Assembly (NCBI GenBank): GCA_048538215.1
Contig: JBLYPV010000001.1
Location: 397,499 to 461,498 of the forward strand
Origin: Patescibacteria group bacterium
GTDB taxonomy: Bacteria; Patescibacteriota; Minisyncoccia; Phycocordibacterales; GCA-2747955
DNA length: 64,000 bases
Reading direction: 5' to 3'
Part shown: in pieces, positions 8,986 to 17,488 of the stretch
Position numbering within the stretch: the first letter of the stretch is position 1
Layout: each line of letters starts with the position of its first letter
Position numbers and translations under genes: made by a program
The notes under the pieces: model-generated
Database searches by the model: none
What the model was told of the DNA's origin: nothing
What the model saw: the letters and a program-made list of their open reading frames with translations, nothing else

Positions 8986-9534
8986 ATGAATGATCAACCA
9001 CGAACCCCAACACATGTGCCAGAAGTGATATTTTACACCAGAGTGCGAGACGAAAGCATCGGAGGCGACAATCCATATCGGTGGCAAGAAGTGACAAGTG
9101 ATGAGCTTTTTGCTCACAAGCGAGTACTGGTCTTTGCTCTCCCGGGAGCATTCACTCCCACCTGTGACGCTATGCATTTGCCTGGATACGAAGAGCACTA
9201 CAGTGAATTTCAGCAACAAGGAATAGATGCGGTGTACTGCCTCTCGGTAAATGATGCCTTTGTTATGAATGCTTGGGGTAAAAAATTAGGAGTAGATCGA
9301 ATAGAACTAATCCCTGATGGAAATGCAGAATTTACCACAAAGATGGGCATGCTCGTGAGCAAAGAAAATCTTGGTTTTGGTATGCGATCTTGGCGATACA
9401 GTATGCTCGTAGATAACAAGGAGATTATTAAAATGTTTATTGAGGACGGCTTTGGTGACAATGTAGACAGTGATCCTTTTGAGGTAAGTGATGCAGATAC
9501 CATGCTTGCCTACCTCAATAAGGAACAAGGATAG
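8986..9534 (+). CDS. peroxiredoxin, Prx5 subfamily (AhpC/TSA fold)
   Basis: LPGAFTPTC peroxidatic-Cys motif, CLSVNDAFVM, and overall collinearity with PRDX5-type enzymes. Start placed at the internal ATG; the track begins at TTG 8926. Confidence 0.85.
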   Translation: MNDQPRTPTHVPEVIFYTRVRDESIGGDNPYRWQEVTSDELFAHKRVLVFALPGAFTPTCDAMHLPGYEEHYSEFQQQGIDAVYCLSVNDAFVMNAWGKKLGVDRIELIPDGNAEFTTKMGMLVSKENLGFGMRSWRYSMLVDNKEIIKMFIEDGFGDNVDSDPFEVSDADTMLAYLNKEQG

Positions 9535-9666
9535 ACTGAGACATCTCCGTCTTTTAAGGTGAATGCTCGTAGAGCAAGAAAGTATGCCCTGGGGTGCAAC
9601 TCCCACACGTAGGCAAAGCAGTTTGCCTGCTCATTCGTACAAAAATACCCTTGCGGGTATTTATTG

Positions 9667-9751
9667 TGCGAATGGTGGGAGTTGAACCCACACGAGCGTA
9701 ATGCTCACTAGCCCCTCAAGCTAGCGCGTCTACCAGTTCCGCCACATCCGC
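9667..9751 (-). tRNA. tRNA-Leu (anticodon GAG), class II with long variable arm
   Basis: Reverse complement: acceptor GCGGATG/CATTCGC, anticodon arm CTAGC-TTGAGGG-GCTAG, long variable arm, T-loop TTCAACT. Followed on the minus strand by terminator AAATACCCGCAAGGGTATTTTT. Confidence 0.75.
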
Positions 9752-9755
9752 ATAT

Positions 9756-10085
9756 TTACTTTTTTATACCTGAAAGCTCCTCCCACGACAAATTAAAATA
9801 CCATTTGTAAGCAAAGAAGAAGCCGAGCTCAATGGGAATAGAAATCAAGATATACCACCAAATCCACGAAAGCTCTATACCACCGAGCGTAATCACTACT
9901 CCGCTATGCGCGTAGTTGGCAATAATAATCAAAATTTCAGCTAAAGACAAGCGTAAATCTACCGAGGCAATTTTGCTAAATTCTTTTCCGTATAATTGAG
10001 CATATGCAAAATATGCTACTAGATTAAAGAGTAGACTAATGAGTACAATATCAAGGGCTGGATTAAATATTTCTACAACCGGCAT
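9756..10085 (-). CDS. hypothetical small integral membrane protein (3-4 TM)
   Basis: ORF with hydrophobic helices and a W/Y-rich C-terminus; no family recognised. Confidence 0.4.
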   Translation of the reverse strand: MPVVEIFNPALDIVLISLLFNLVAYFAYAQLYGKEFSKIASVDLRLSLAEILIIIANYAHSGVVITLGGIELSWIWWYILISIPIELGFFFAYKWYFNLSWEELSGIKK

Positions 10086-10189
10086 AGAGCGTATGATATC
10101 ACATCGTGCCCTAGGAGCTATAAAATGGTCTGGAGCTTATAAGTAAAGCTATTGCGAGATATATATCTAACAAATGGGATTAAATTCAA

Positions 10190-10245
10190 AGTAAATAAAG
10201 ACGCCGATCTCGAGCGGTATCTTATTACCACCAGGGTCGGCGTCT
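10190..10245 (-). terminator. rho-independent terminator downstream of nrdJ
   Basis: Stem AGACGCCGA...TCGGCGTCT followed on the minus strand by a T-rich tract (CTTTATTTAC). Confidence 0.5.
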
Positions 10246-10278
10246 GATTCTTAAGCTAAGAGCTAGCCTATCTTTTAT

Positions 10279-12540
10279 CTACACTTCACAAGAGCCTGAA
10301 ACACAAGCGAGCTCCTTTGCTCCCTCTGTTTCATCGCTTCCCTCAAAAGCTACAATCCGAGAGAAATCAAACTTGGGCATTTTTTTCATAAGCTCTTCGT
10401 ATTTCTTTTTGCTGATTTCTTCATAGGGAGCAAGCTGATATACATGATCACTTCGTGGCAAGAATGAGAGCCCCCCTACCATATCCCAATGGCTGTAGAC
10501 CCAATTTCCTACCTCAATCCATTCATCATCCCCTACCGAAACTGTCACCGATGGATTGTGCTCAGTATAATTATTTTTGACCTTGAGCCAATGCTCGAGC
10601 TGAGTAATGGCACTTTGATCATCCTTGAGAATAGCCCCCTCTGGCGCCTTAACAGGAAATTCTAGTACAAAGGTATTGGCATTTTCTTTGCTCTGGCCAA
10701 CTTCCGGATGATAGGGCACACCTTGGGATGCAAGCATTTTAAATAGGCTGTCGGTAGCAGAGATACGAATGCGACGAATGTAATATGGAGCGTGTCGTGG
10801 ATGCATACCAGATGATGCATCTACTAATTGTGAGACGGTGCCTGATGGCTTGACACAAGTAATACAGGTGGATGGATTAACGCCAAATTTCTGAGCGTAC
10901 TGCTTATTGACCTTGATGGCCTCATCACGAAGCTTTTGCAAAAGCTTTTCATCGTGCACAGCTGGGCAATCCCATTGACCAGTGATAGATACTCCCAAGA
11001 GAGCCTCTTCTTCGCAATTCTTTTTCCACTCTTTGGAAAGATAGCCAAATTTGGTGAGAGAAGATTGGTAGGTACCAATAATGGTAGCCACCCGAATCTT
11101 TTCAAGTAAAGTCTTTTCTGTGTCATCTGGACGAGCCACCACCTCTGAAAGATTACAGAATTGCTTGCTCCGTAGGATAATCTCACCGCAAGGATTAGTG
11201 CCCGAGTCATCAACATGCTTTTTGAATGTTTCCCAGCGACGAGCTGGTAATTGCTTTTCAAGTCCGGCACGATTAAAAATACCTCGCTCTCCTGATCCTG
11301 ATTTCATCAAGGCAATCCACTCCTCAAGAAAATCAGTATTGCTAGGCTTTTCATTATAAATAGCACTATTATTTGCCATCATTCTCTGTGGAGCTGTATT
11401 CCAAAATTGTCCTGCTTTGGCATTGCGCATATCTTCATCATCTAAATCAGAGAGAGAGATGAGGGCGCTACGACGCACTCCTCCTGAGACAACGATTTCG
11501 CCAATTTTGCATACAATATCGTGTACATCAATATTAGATAATCGACGCCCCTGACGACTAAGCATCAAGCCACGAGTAAAAGCCATAAGCTTCATTAAAG
11601 GTGCAGGGCCGGAAGATTTCCCTCCCATTGTCTTGAGCCGAGCTCCTTCGGGGCGTAATTGTGAGTAATCTACATCTACATCCTTCCCCTCAAACCAGTA
11701 CTTGAGCGCAGAGACAAATGCGTCAGCCCATCCTTCTTTGCTATCTTTGACTACAATCTGTACCTTCTCGCCTGTTTGCTTTTTGATTTGTGGCAAACGC
11801 TGTACCTTGTCTGACTCTACAGAAAATCCTACTCCTGTACCACACATTGAAATATACATTATCTCACCAAAATCTTGTGGCTTTGATGGTGCAATAAATG
11901 AGCAATTATAGCCACATACATTTGTCTTACGAGCAGCATTTCCTGCCGACCACATCAAGCGCATAGAAGGCATCGACCACTGATTGAGAATATAGGTGCG
12001 CACGAGATTTTCATCTTTTCGTGAAAGCTTATCTCCAAGATTTTCTTTCATAAAATCAATATAGCGATCAACTGTTTCTATCCAAGTCTCGCGTCGCTTT
12101 TCGGCATCTATCCATTTTGAGTATGAGCGATAGTAGATAAACTCTGCCAGATCATTACGAAAATATTGCTTGGACTCTTTTGCTAGGCGCTCTACTTCTT
12201 TAGGCACTGGCCTGAGATGAGCTCGCTCTTCTTGACGAGCCTTGCGATAAAGAATGTACTCTTTGGCTACCTCTACCAAATCTGCAAGGATTAGCTCTTT
12301 TTCTACCGCGTCTTGAATCCCTTCGATATCGGGAATAAAATTTTTGTATCGTCGAGCTACCTTGTCTACTTCATCCCGCACTCGGCTCGCAATTACCTCT
12401 GCCTCATTTCTTGACCCTTTCTCCACCTTCTTCATAGCGCTCCAGATAGCATCGACTATCTTTGTCTCATCAAAAGCCACTATTGATCCGTCTCGCTTAC
12501 GGACTTCCTTGATTGCTTGTTTTGTTGCTGCTTTGACCAT
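10279..12540 (-). CDS. nrdJ: ribonucleoside-triphosphate/diphosphate reductase, class II (adenosylcobalamin-dependent), with N-terminal ATP-cone
   Basis: ATP-cone (VRKRDGSIVAFDETKIVDAI), catalytic-core motifs (NPCGEI, C-terminal CVSGSCE redox cysteines) and a 753-aa monomeric length typical of NrdJ. Confidence 0.9.
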   Translation of the reverse strand: MVKAATKQAIKEVRKRDGSIVAFDETKIVDAIWSAMKKVEKGSRNEAEVIASRVRDEVDKVARRYKNFIPDIEGIQDAVEKELILADLVEVAKEYILYRKARQEERAHLRPVPKEVERLAKESKQYFRNDLAEFIYYRSYSKWIDAEKRRETWIETVDRYIDFMKENLGDKLSRKDENLVRTYILNQWSMPSMRLMWSAGNAARKTNVCGYNCSFIAPSKPQDFGEIMYISMCGTGVGFSVESDKVQRLPQIKKQTGEKVQIVVKDSKEGWADAFVSALKYWFEGKDVDVDYSQLRPEGARLKTMGGKSSGPAPLMKLMAFTRGLMLSRQGRRLSNIDVHDIVCKIGEIVVSGGVRRSALISLSDLDDEDMRNAKAGQFWNTAPQRMMANNSAIYNEKPSNTDFLEEWIALMKSGSGERGIFNRAGLEKQLPARRWETFKKHVDDSGTNPCGEIILRSKQFCNLSEVVARPDDTEKTLLEKIRVATIIGTYQSSLTKFGYLSKEWKKNCEEEALLGVSITGQWDCPAVHDEKLLQKLRDEAIKVNKQYAQKFGVNPSTCITCVKPSGTVSQLVDASSGMHPRHAPYYIRRIRISATDSLFKMLASQGVPYHPEVGQSKENANTFVLEFPVKAPEGAILKDDQSAITQLEHWLKVKNNYTEHNPSVTVSVGDDEWIEVGNWVYSHWDMVGGLSFLPRSDHVYQLAPYEEISKKKYEELMKKMPKFDFSRIVAFEGSDETEGAKELACVSGSCEV

Positions 12541-12786
12541 ACTATAATGTGTTAGTTGCTAAAACTGCTCTCCGCCTAAGGGGTAGAAAAAACTACTTTT
12601 TATAAGTAGTCCTCTACTACGCCTGCCGAGTGGAATACGCCTTTAGTGATATTGGCTCAGTGATGAGCCTTTATTCAACCCGTATACTGATTATACGGTA
12701 TCGTCTCATATTTCCTAACCTCGATTTATCGCCATATTTTCCGCTTTTCCACAGAAAACTATGCACTTGATAACCACAGCTTTTCC

Positions 12787-12803
12787 ACATATTTTAAATA
12801 TGT
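12787..12803. promoter_or_regulatory. perfect 17-bp palindrome ACATATTTTAAATATGT about 250 nt upstream of nrdJ, candidate NrdR-box-like operator
   Basis: Seen in sequence; overlaps the second copy of an 11-bp direct repeat GCTTTTCCACA (12743-12753, 12779-12789). Confidence 0.3.
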
Positions 12804-12821
12804 CAAAATTGCTTATAAGAT

Positions 12822-12860
12822 AACAAAAAACCGCCTCTGGTGGGCGGAATTTTTGATTTT
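12822..12860. terminator. bidirectional rho-independent terminator after rplS
   Basis: CCGCC-TCTGGTG-GGCGG stem flanked by an A6 run and a TTTTTGATTTT tract. Confidence 0.65.
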
Positions 12861-12866
12861 GGGGCT

Positions 12867-13559
12867 TTAATTATCTTTATTTTCCTCTTCTTTTTCGGAT
12901 TCTTCAGATTCGCTAGATTCTGCCCTATCTATTGATTCTTCAGCGACAGCTTCTTTATCTTCTTCGACTACTGGCTCCTGGGGAGCTTCTTGAGAAGTAG
13001 CTTCCTCTACTGCCTGCTCTGCTTGGGGCTCTTCTACTACTTCTTCGCCGGTAAGCTCTGCTTGAGCTTGGGCCTCGGCGGCTTCGGCTACTTGAGCTTC
13101 TGCTTCTTGGGCGGCGACTCGTGCCTGCTCTTGCTCTTCTTGATACTCGGCATCAGAAAGTGTAGAGGTGTTGACGAAAGCTGCTCGACGCATTGCTCGC
13201 TTAATCTCCTTGGCCACTTTTTCACGAATGTGATATAGCTTGGCACGACGGACTTTGGCCCGCTTTACAATCTCAATCTTATCAATAGCTGGAGAGTAGA
13301 GTGGAAAAATTCGCTCAATCCCAATACCGTTTGAAACTTTGCGTACGGTAAAAGTAGCTCCTGGCTCACTCCCATGCTTGGAAGCGAGTACAAGACCTTC
13401 GAATACCTGGATACGGATACGCTCTCCCTTCTTTCCTTTTTCTTTTATTTTTTGGTGTACTTTAATCGTATCTCCTGCTTTGATGCCCAGTGCTTTGCGC
13501 TCGGGAGCATTCACTGAAGTAAAGCCAGGGATAGGATTGGTGTGTAGATTTGTTTTCAT
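12867..13559 (-). CDS. rplS: 50S ribosomal protein L19 with about 110-aa acidic E/A/Q-rich C-terminal extension
   Basis: Core [28 protein letters not shown]...[40 protein letters not shown] is canonical L19. Start placed at the internal ATG (MKTNLHT). Confidence 0.85.
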   Translation of the reverse strand: MKTNLHTNPIPGFTSVNAPERKALGIKAGDTIKVHQKIKEKGKKGERIRIQVFEGLVLASKHGSEPGATFTVRKVSNGIGIERIFPLYSPAIDKIEIVKRAKVRRAKLYHIREKVAKEIKRAMRRAAFVNTSTLSDAEYQEEQEQARVAAQEAEAQVAEAAEAQAQAELTGEEVVEEPQAEQAVEEATSQEAPQEPVVEEDKEAVAEESIDRAESSESEESEKEEENKDN

Positions 13560-13750
13560 ACTGGTATATTTATGCGTGGGATGCGCGCACGATGTGCCAC
13601 AGAGCCACTTATGAGAGATAACGCGCGAAATTGTACCATCTCGCACACTATTTGCAAGAATGTGATTGGTACCTTCTTAGAGATAATGAGCGAGGAGTGT
13701 GATTTGTATAATACTTTTATTTTTAGTAAGCAAGTGGCACACGCTATATA

Positions 13751-13786
13751 AAAAGAAAAGGCCCGAGCTCGATAGGTACTCGGGCC
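13751..13786 (-). terminator. rho-independent terminator after ORF 13828-14142
   Basis: GGCCCGAG...CTCGGGCC hairpin preceded on the plus strand by an A-run, giving a U-tract on the minus strand. Confidence 0.5.
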
Positions 13787-13827
13787 TCGCTTTTCTTCGA
13801 AGACTTACTCCCGGATGGCGCGCGCCC

Positions 13828-14142
13828 TCAGGTGGGCGAAGCAAGACCGCGAGGCGGATTGACCCCCAAATTCTGCAGCGAAGAATGGATTTTCTTCTGC
13901 AAGCTAAGATTATTTTGCACAGCTGGGCTCTCGAACCAGCCCTTTTGCGCAAGGGTACCTATAACCATCCGCACCTTGTCTTGTATCTCTTTGGGCAGTC
14001 TTGCCTGCTTTTTCTTATTCGAGAGGAAATCCCAAAGGCCTTTCGACTCGCGGAATGCGCAATAGCCCTCAAGCTCTCTGCGGAGCTTGATAAAAAGCAT
14101 TGCGATCTCTTCCACCGACGGTGTATGCTCTTCTACAAACAT
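13828..14142 (-). CDS. hypothetical protein (104 aa)
   Basis: Strong SD GGAGGAG 8 nt before the ATG, own terminator, GC about 48 percent against an AT-rich background. Confidence 0.45.
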   Translation of the reverse strand: MFVEEHTPSVEEIAMLFIKLRRELEGYCAFRESKGLWDFLSNKKKQARLPKEIQDKVRMVIGTLAQKGWFESPAVQNNLSLQKKIHSSLQNLGVNPPRGLASPT

Positions 14143-14220
14143 TTTTTATCTCCTCCTGGCTACTTTCACTTATCTAACACTATACAACTCATAACCTCAC
14201 TATGCAATCTTAGCCATTAT

Positions 14221-14246
14221 AAAAGCGCGGTGTGACAACACCGCGC
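14221..14246 (-). terminator. rho-independent terminator after ORF 14275-14610
   Basis: GCGCGGTGT-GACA-ACACCGCGC with a U-tract on the minus strand. Confidence 0.5.
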
Positions 14247-14274
14247 CTCCTCATCTCTCACCTTGCCTGCAAGA

Positions 14275-14610
14275 TTACTCCTCGGCAATCTGCACTGTTT
14301 GATTCTCCATAAGACAATCTGGAGGATCCACCCCGACCGCGACCAGGGCCGGAATGATAATCTCAGCTAATTGTGGATGCAGACGTTCGTCGGAATTAGG
14401 ATAGTGCTTGCTCACATTGCTAAACCATCCTATTGCCTTGAGCTCCTCGAGCTTTGAACGAAAGAATTCACGATGCTCGGGATTTTCGGCCACCTCATCG
14501 CTGGAGAGCACCTCCCACAATTCGCCGGCATTATAGCTCGGGCTCATATGAGCCTTGATGTACTCATTGATTGATACGAATACATCATACAATGGAAACA
14601 CATCACTCAT
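14275..14610 (-). CDS. hypothetical protein (about 111 aa)
   Basis: Internal ATG 14610 preceded by GAGAGGAAA SD. Acidic protein, elevated GC; no family recognised. Confidence 0.45.
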   Translation of the reverse strand: MSDVFPLYDVFVSINEYIKAHMSPSYNAGELWEVLSSDEVAENPEHREFFRSKLEELKAIGWFSNVSKHYPNSDERLHPQLAEIIIPALVAVGVDPPDCLMENQTVQIAEE

Positions 14611-14661
14611 TTGATTTCCTCTCATTTCGCATTCAAACCAACTATACAAGCTCTGGTATAT

Positions 14662-15453
14662 CTATGCAAGATTGGTATCTAATATTTCTAAAGCTTGGCG
14701 CATATCTGCTGGCAACGGCGCTTCTACTTTGCATTCTATGCCTGCACAATTGGTAAAAGTAATAGATTGAGCGTGAAGTGCCTGGCGATGTAATCCTAGA
14801 TTGAATTCGGGAGCATTGCGCTTGCCTGCATATAGTAGATCAGCGACGATGGGATAATTAAGGTATTGAAGGTGTACACGAATTTGATGAGTGCGCCCAG
14901 TGTGTGGTAAGGCAACCAGGTGGGTGTAGCCATGACTCCCTATTTTATAACGACGAAGCACCTGAAAATCCGTGCTTGCTTCGCGCGTATTGCCACGAAT
15001 AGCTTTGGGAATGGCACTCCAACGGCCGAATGTTTTAGCTCGACCAATGGGCAATACTAGCTCATAGCTATCCTCTTTCATTGCCCCATATACAAGTGCT
15101 TCGTAGCGCTTGGTGATACTATGATTTTGAAATTGTGCCTTGAGATAAGCGTGCCCTGCGCTCGTTTTGGCAAGGAGCATCACCCCTGATGTATCACGGT
15201 CTAGCCGATGGACAATCCCCGAACGATCCATCACTATCCCCGTATCGCTCACTATAGGATCTTCCCCAATGCCTTGGGAATCTGGGTACTCCCGTAAGAG
15301 CCATTCAACAACCGTTGGGTATTGCTTTTCTTTTGGTCTGCTCTGAGAATACTTACCATCACTGTGTACTAATACGCCCGCTGGCTTATCAATCGCTAAC
15401 ATATCGGCATCTTCATAGAGAATGGTGATCTTGGCTCCTTCTTGCTCATTCAT
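14662..15453 (-). CDS. RluA-family pseudouridine synthase
   Basis: Catalytic motif HRLDRDTSGVMLLAK and LAIDKPAGVLVH. Confidence 0.85.
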   Translation of the reverse strand: MNEQEGAKITILYEDADMLAIDKPAGVLVHSDGKYSQSRPKEKQYPTVVEWLLREYPDSQGIGEDPIVSDTGIVMDRSGIVHRLDRDTSGVMLLAKTSAGHAYLKAQFQNHSITKRYEALVYGAMKEDSYELVLPIGRAKTFGRWSAIPKAIRGNTREASTDFQVLRRYKIGSHGYTHLVALPHTGRTHQIRVHLQYLNYPIVADLLYAGKRNAPEFNLGLHRQALHAQSITFTNCAGIECKVEAPLPADMRQALEILDTNLA

Positions 15454-15516
15454 ATCGTTTTATTATACATACTAATCAAATATCCGCCTCAAGGCGGATA
15501 TTTGATTGGTGCATTC

Positions 15517-15954
15517 TTAGCTGATATCGATGAGCTTTCGATTTTTTTCTACCTTGCTTGTCTTAGGAAGAATGATTTGCAACTCGCCATTTTCATGCTT
15601 TCCACTAATTGCTTCAATATCTACATTATCAGGAATGGAGAAAGATTGATTAAATGAGGCATAATTGTATTCATAACGAGAATACTTCTCAGACTCATCT
15701 GGTGTATTTTCTGTCTCTTGTGTGCAAGAAATATGCAACATACCATCCTCCACTTCTATTGTGCAATCATCCTTTGCTACCCCAGGGATACCAAGAGTGA
15801 TCAGATACTGATCGTCTTCTTCTTTGATATTAACCGCTGGCTTGGAAAAACGAGGACTCATATTTTGTATATAATCATTTCCAAAAAATTCATCAAAAAT
15901 TGATGGGAAGCGAGGAAATTGATTATTAAAATTATTCCATTTGATGAGATTCAT
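15517..15954 (-). CDS. small heat-shock protein, Hsp20/alpha-crystallin family
   Basis: Alpha-crystallin-domain motifs (PAVNIKEEDDQYLITLGIPGV....I.VEDGMLHIS ... G.LQIILPK). Confidence 0.9.
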   Translation of the reverse strand: MNLIKWNNFNNQFPRFPSIFDEFFGNDYIQNMSPRFSKPAVNIKEEDDQYLITLGIPGVAKDDCTIEVEDGMLHISCTQETENTPDESEKYSRYEYNYASFNQSFSIPDNVDIEAISGKHENGELQIILPKTSKVEKNRKLIDIS

Positions 15955-16024
15955 AGATATATAATGATTATAAGACTAATAATATGACAGTATACATATG
16001 GACTGTCTTGATATATTATTATAA

Positions 16025-16060
16025 TTGTGTAGCTACAATTGTCAAATTGTAGCTACACAA
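16025..16060. promoter_or_regulatory. 36-bp perfect palindrome TTGTGTAGCTACAATT-GTCA-AATTGTAGCTACACAA upstream of hsp20
   Basis: 16-bp arms, 4-bp spacer, 65 nt upstream of the hsp20 start codon. Candidate heat-shock operator; not CIRCE or HAIR consensus. Confidence 0.4.
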
Positions 16061-16063
16061 CAT

Positions 16064-16096
16064 ACAAAAAAACGGCATCCCTACTGTGGGATGCCG
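16064..16096 (-). terminator. rho-independent terminator after ORF 16187-16618
   Basis: CGGCATCCC-TACTGT-GGGATGCCG with a U7 tract on the minus strand. Confidence 0.55.
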
Positions 16097-16186
16097 CTCA
16101 TTACAGGCAAGGTTCTTATCCAAAGCTCTATCAGAAAAGGAGGAGCTTTCTTACCCTTTTATGGGCCCACTTGGGCCGACCTGCAT

Positions 16187-16618
16187 TCAATCGAAAGCAC
16201 TCTCGATCATATCGGGCACGATCACTCGCATAAGATTGTGTGCATCCTGATATTGCACTCCCATCTCTTTGGCAAGCGAATTAACCTCACGCTTGAGATT
16301 TTTACCCACCCGAACGGACTTATAAAGAAGAAGATAGGTGAGCACCGTGTAGGCCGTCTTGTAGCGTGCTTCGCTACAGAGATGAAAATCCGATGCGGAT
16401 TCATCATCTCTGACATCGGCCCAGACGGCACTCGCAATATCGTTGCAAAACTCCCACATACAGCAATCGGCATCCGTAATGGCCGGTGCGCTCCGCATCC
16501 AACTATTGATGCGATCGTGCAAAGAATCGACGGCCAGCTCGCCCACGGGCATTTTTTTTGCCTCATGAATAAGATATTTCCACGCCGTCTTCCCCAGTTC
16601 ATTCGTATAGCCCATCAC
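16187..16618 (-). CDS. hypothetical protein (143 aa); strand call uncertain against the overlapping plus-strand ORF 16025-16660
   Basis: Balanced composition, downstream terminator on the same strand, GC about 50 percent. The plus-strand alternative is H/R/I-rich and lacks signals. Confidence 0.4.
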   Translation of the reverse strand: MMGYTNELGKTAWKYLIHEAKKMPVGELAVDSLHDRINSWMRSAPAITDADCCMWEFCNDIASAVWADVRDDESASDFHLCSEARYKTAYTVLTYLLLYKSVRVGKNLKREVNSLAKEMGVQYQDAHNLMRVIVPDMIESAFD

Positions 16619-16828
16619 AAGCCCCCTAGCTACTGGCGAATTTTAATGCGCTCAATATGAGAGCAACCAGCTTTTATACTATAAGACTATTATTTGTATT
16701 TGTCAAAAATTGTAACATTGCAATTGAGCATTGAGTACTATTAGCCCTGCCTATGTGTGATACACTATATCTAGTATGGAATAATGCCATTCCTACAATT
16801 TGCAATTACAATATAAATAAAAAGTATT

Positions 16829-17431
16829 ATGAAAAAATTACTACTAATTATAGGAATCATCTGGATTGTGGGCTTTGCTGTTTACTACGCTCTCAATAGC
16901 GAAGATCCTCAAATAGACGCCGACCAAGATGCTACTACCGCAACGAGTACTGATGATGTAGCAAGCTCTAGTCGCCCTACTCCCCACGAAAATGAAGGAA
17001 ACGAAGATAACAATACTGACGAAGCAATGGCCCTGTATTGTGCCGAGCTCAAATCAAAGATCCCAGCCTCAGCCGATTGGACAATCATTACCAATATTAT
17101 AGATGGAGCAATCCTTAGCTCGGGAGATGAGCTACGGGGGTGTGTTTATAGTGTAAACGATTCCTATGGAGGATGGGCACCCTTTGAAGGGCAGATTGGC
17201 TCCTATGAAGTGAAGGCTAGCGATGGCACCTCCCTCGCTCGTGGCCCCTTGCCCACAATGGGAAGTGATTGGATGGCTCTTGCTACTCAAGGAGCATCAA
17301 TCCAATACCAAACTAATGTAGAATTTGATGCTTCTGGCTATACTGAAGGGACACTCACCCTGCACAATGAAAATGCATCGGGGCTAGCAGAAATGGATCA
17401 GACTGTAGTGGTAGATGTGACTTTCGAATAA
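16829..17431 (+). CDS. hypothetical membrane-anchored/secreted protein with Ig-like (Gmad2/GerMN-like) C-terminal domain
   Basis: N-terminal TM helix, acidic linker; domain assignment is tentative. Confidence 0.55.
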   Translation: MKKLLLIIGIIWIVGFAVYYALNSEDPQIDADQDATTATSTDDVASSSRPTPHENEGNEDNNTDEAMALYCAELKSKIPASADWTIITNIIDGAILSSGDELRGCVYSVNDSYGGWAPFEGQIGSYEVKASDGTSLARGPLPTMGSDWMALATQGASIQYQTNVEFDASGYTEGTLTLHNENASGLAEMDQTVVVDVTFE

Positions 17432-17488
17432 ACAAGACTCGTCGGACTAACTCATTTTTCTTAGTAAGATAAATGATATAATCGGGCG

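Noticed and set aside
9590-9606. T-arm-like fragment GGGGTGCAACTCCCAC downstream of tRNA-Leu, considered as another tRNA remnant
   Set aside because: Only about 15 nt of imperfect, inverted similarity to the tRNA-Leu T-arm. That is too short to separate from chance, so it is mentioned only as context for the conserved hairpin finding.
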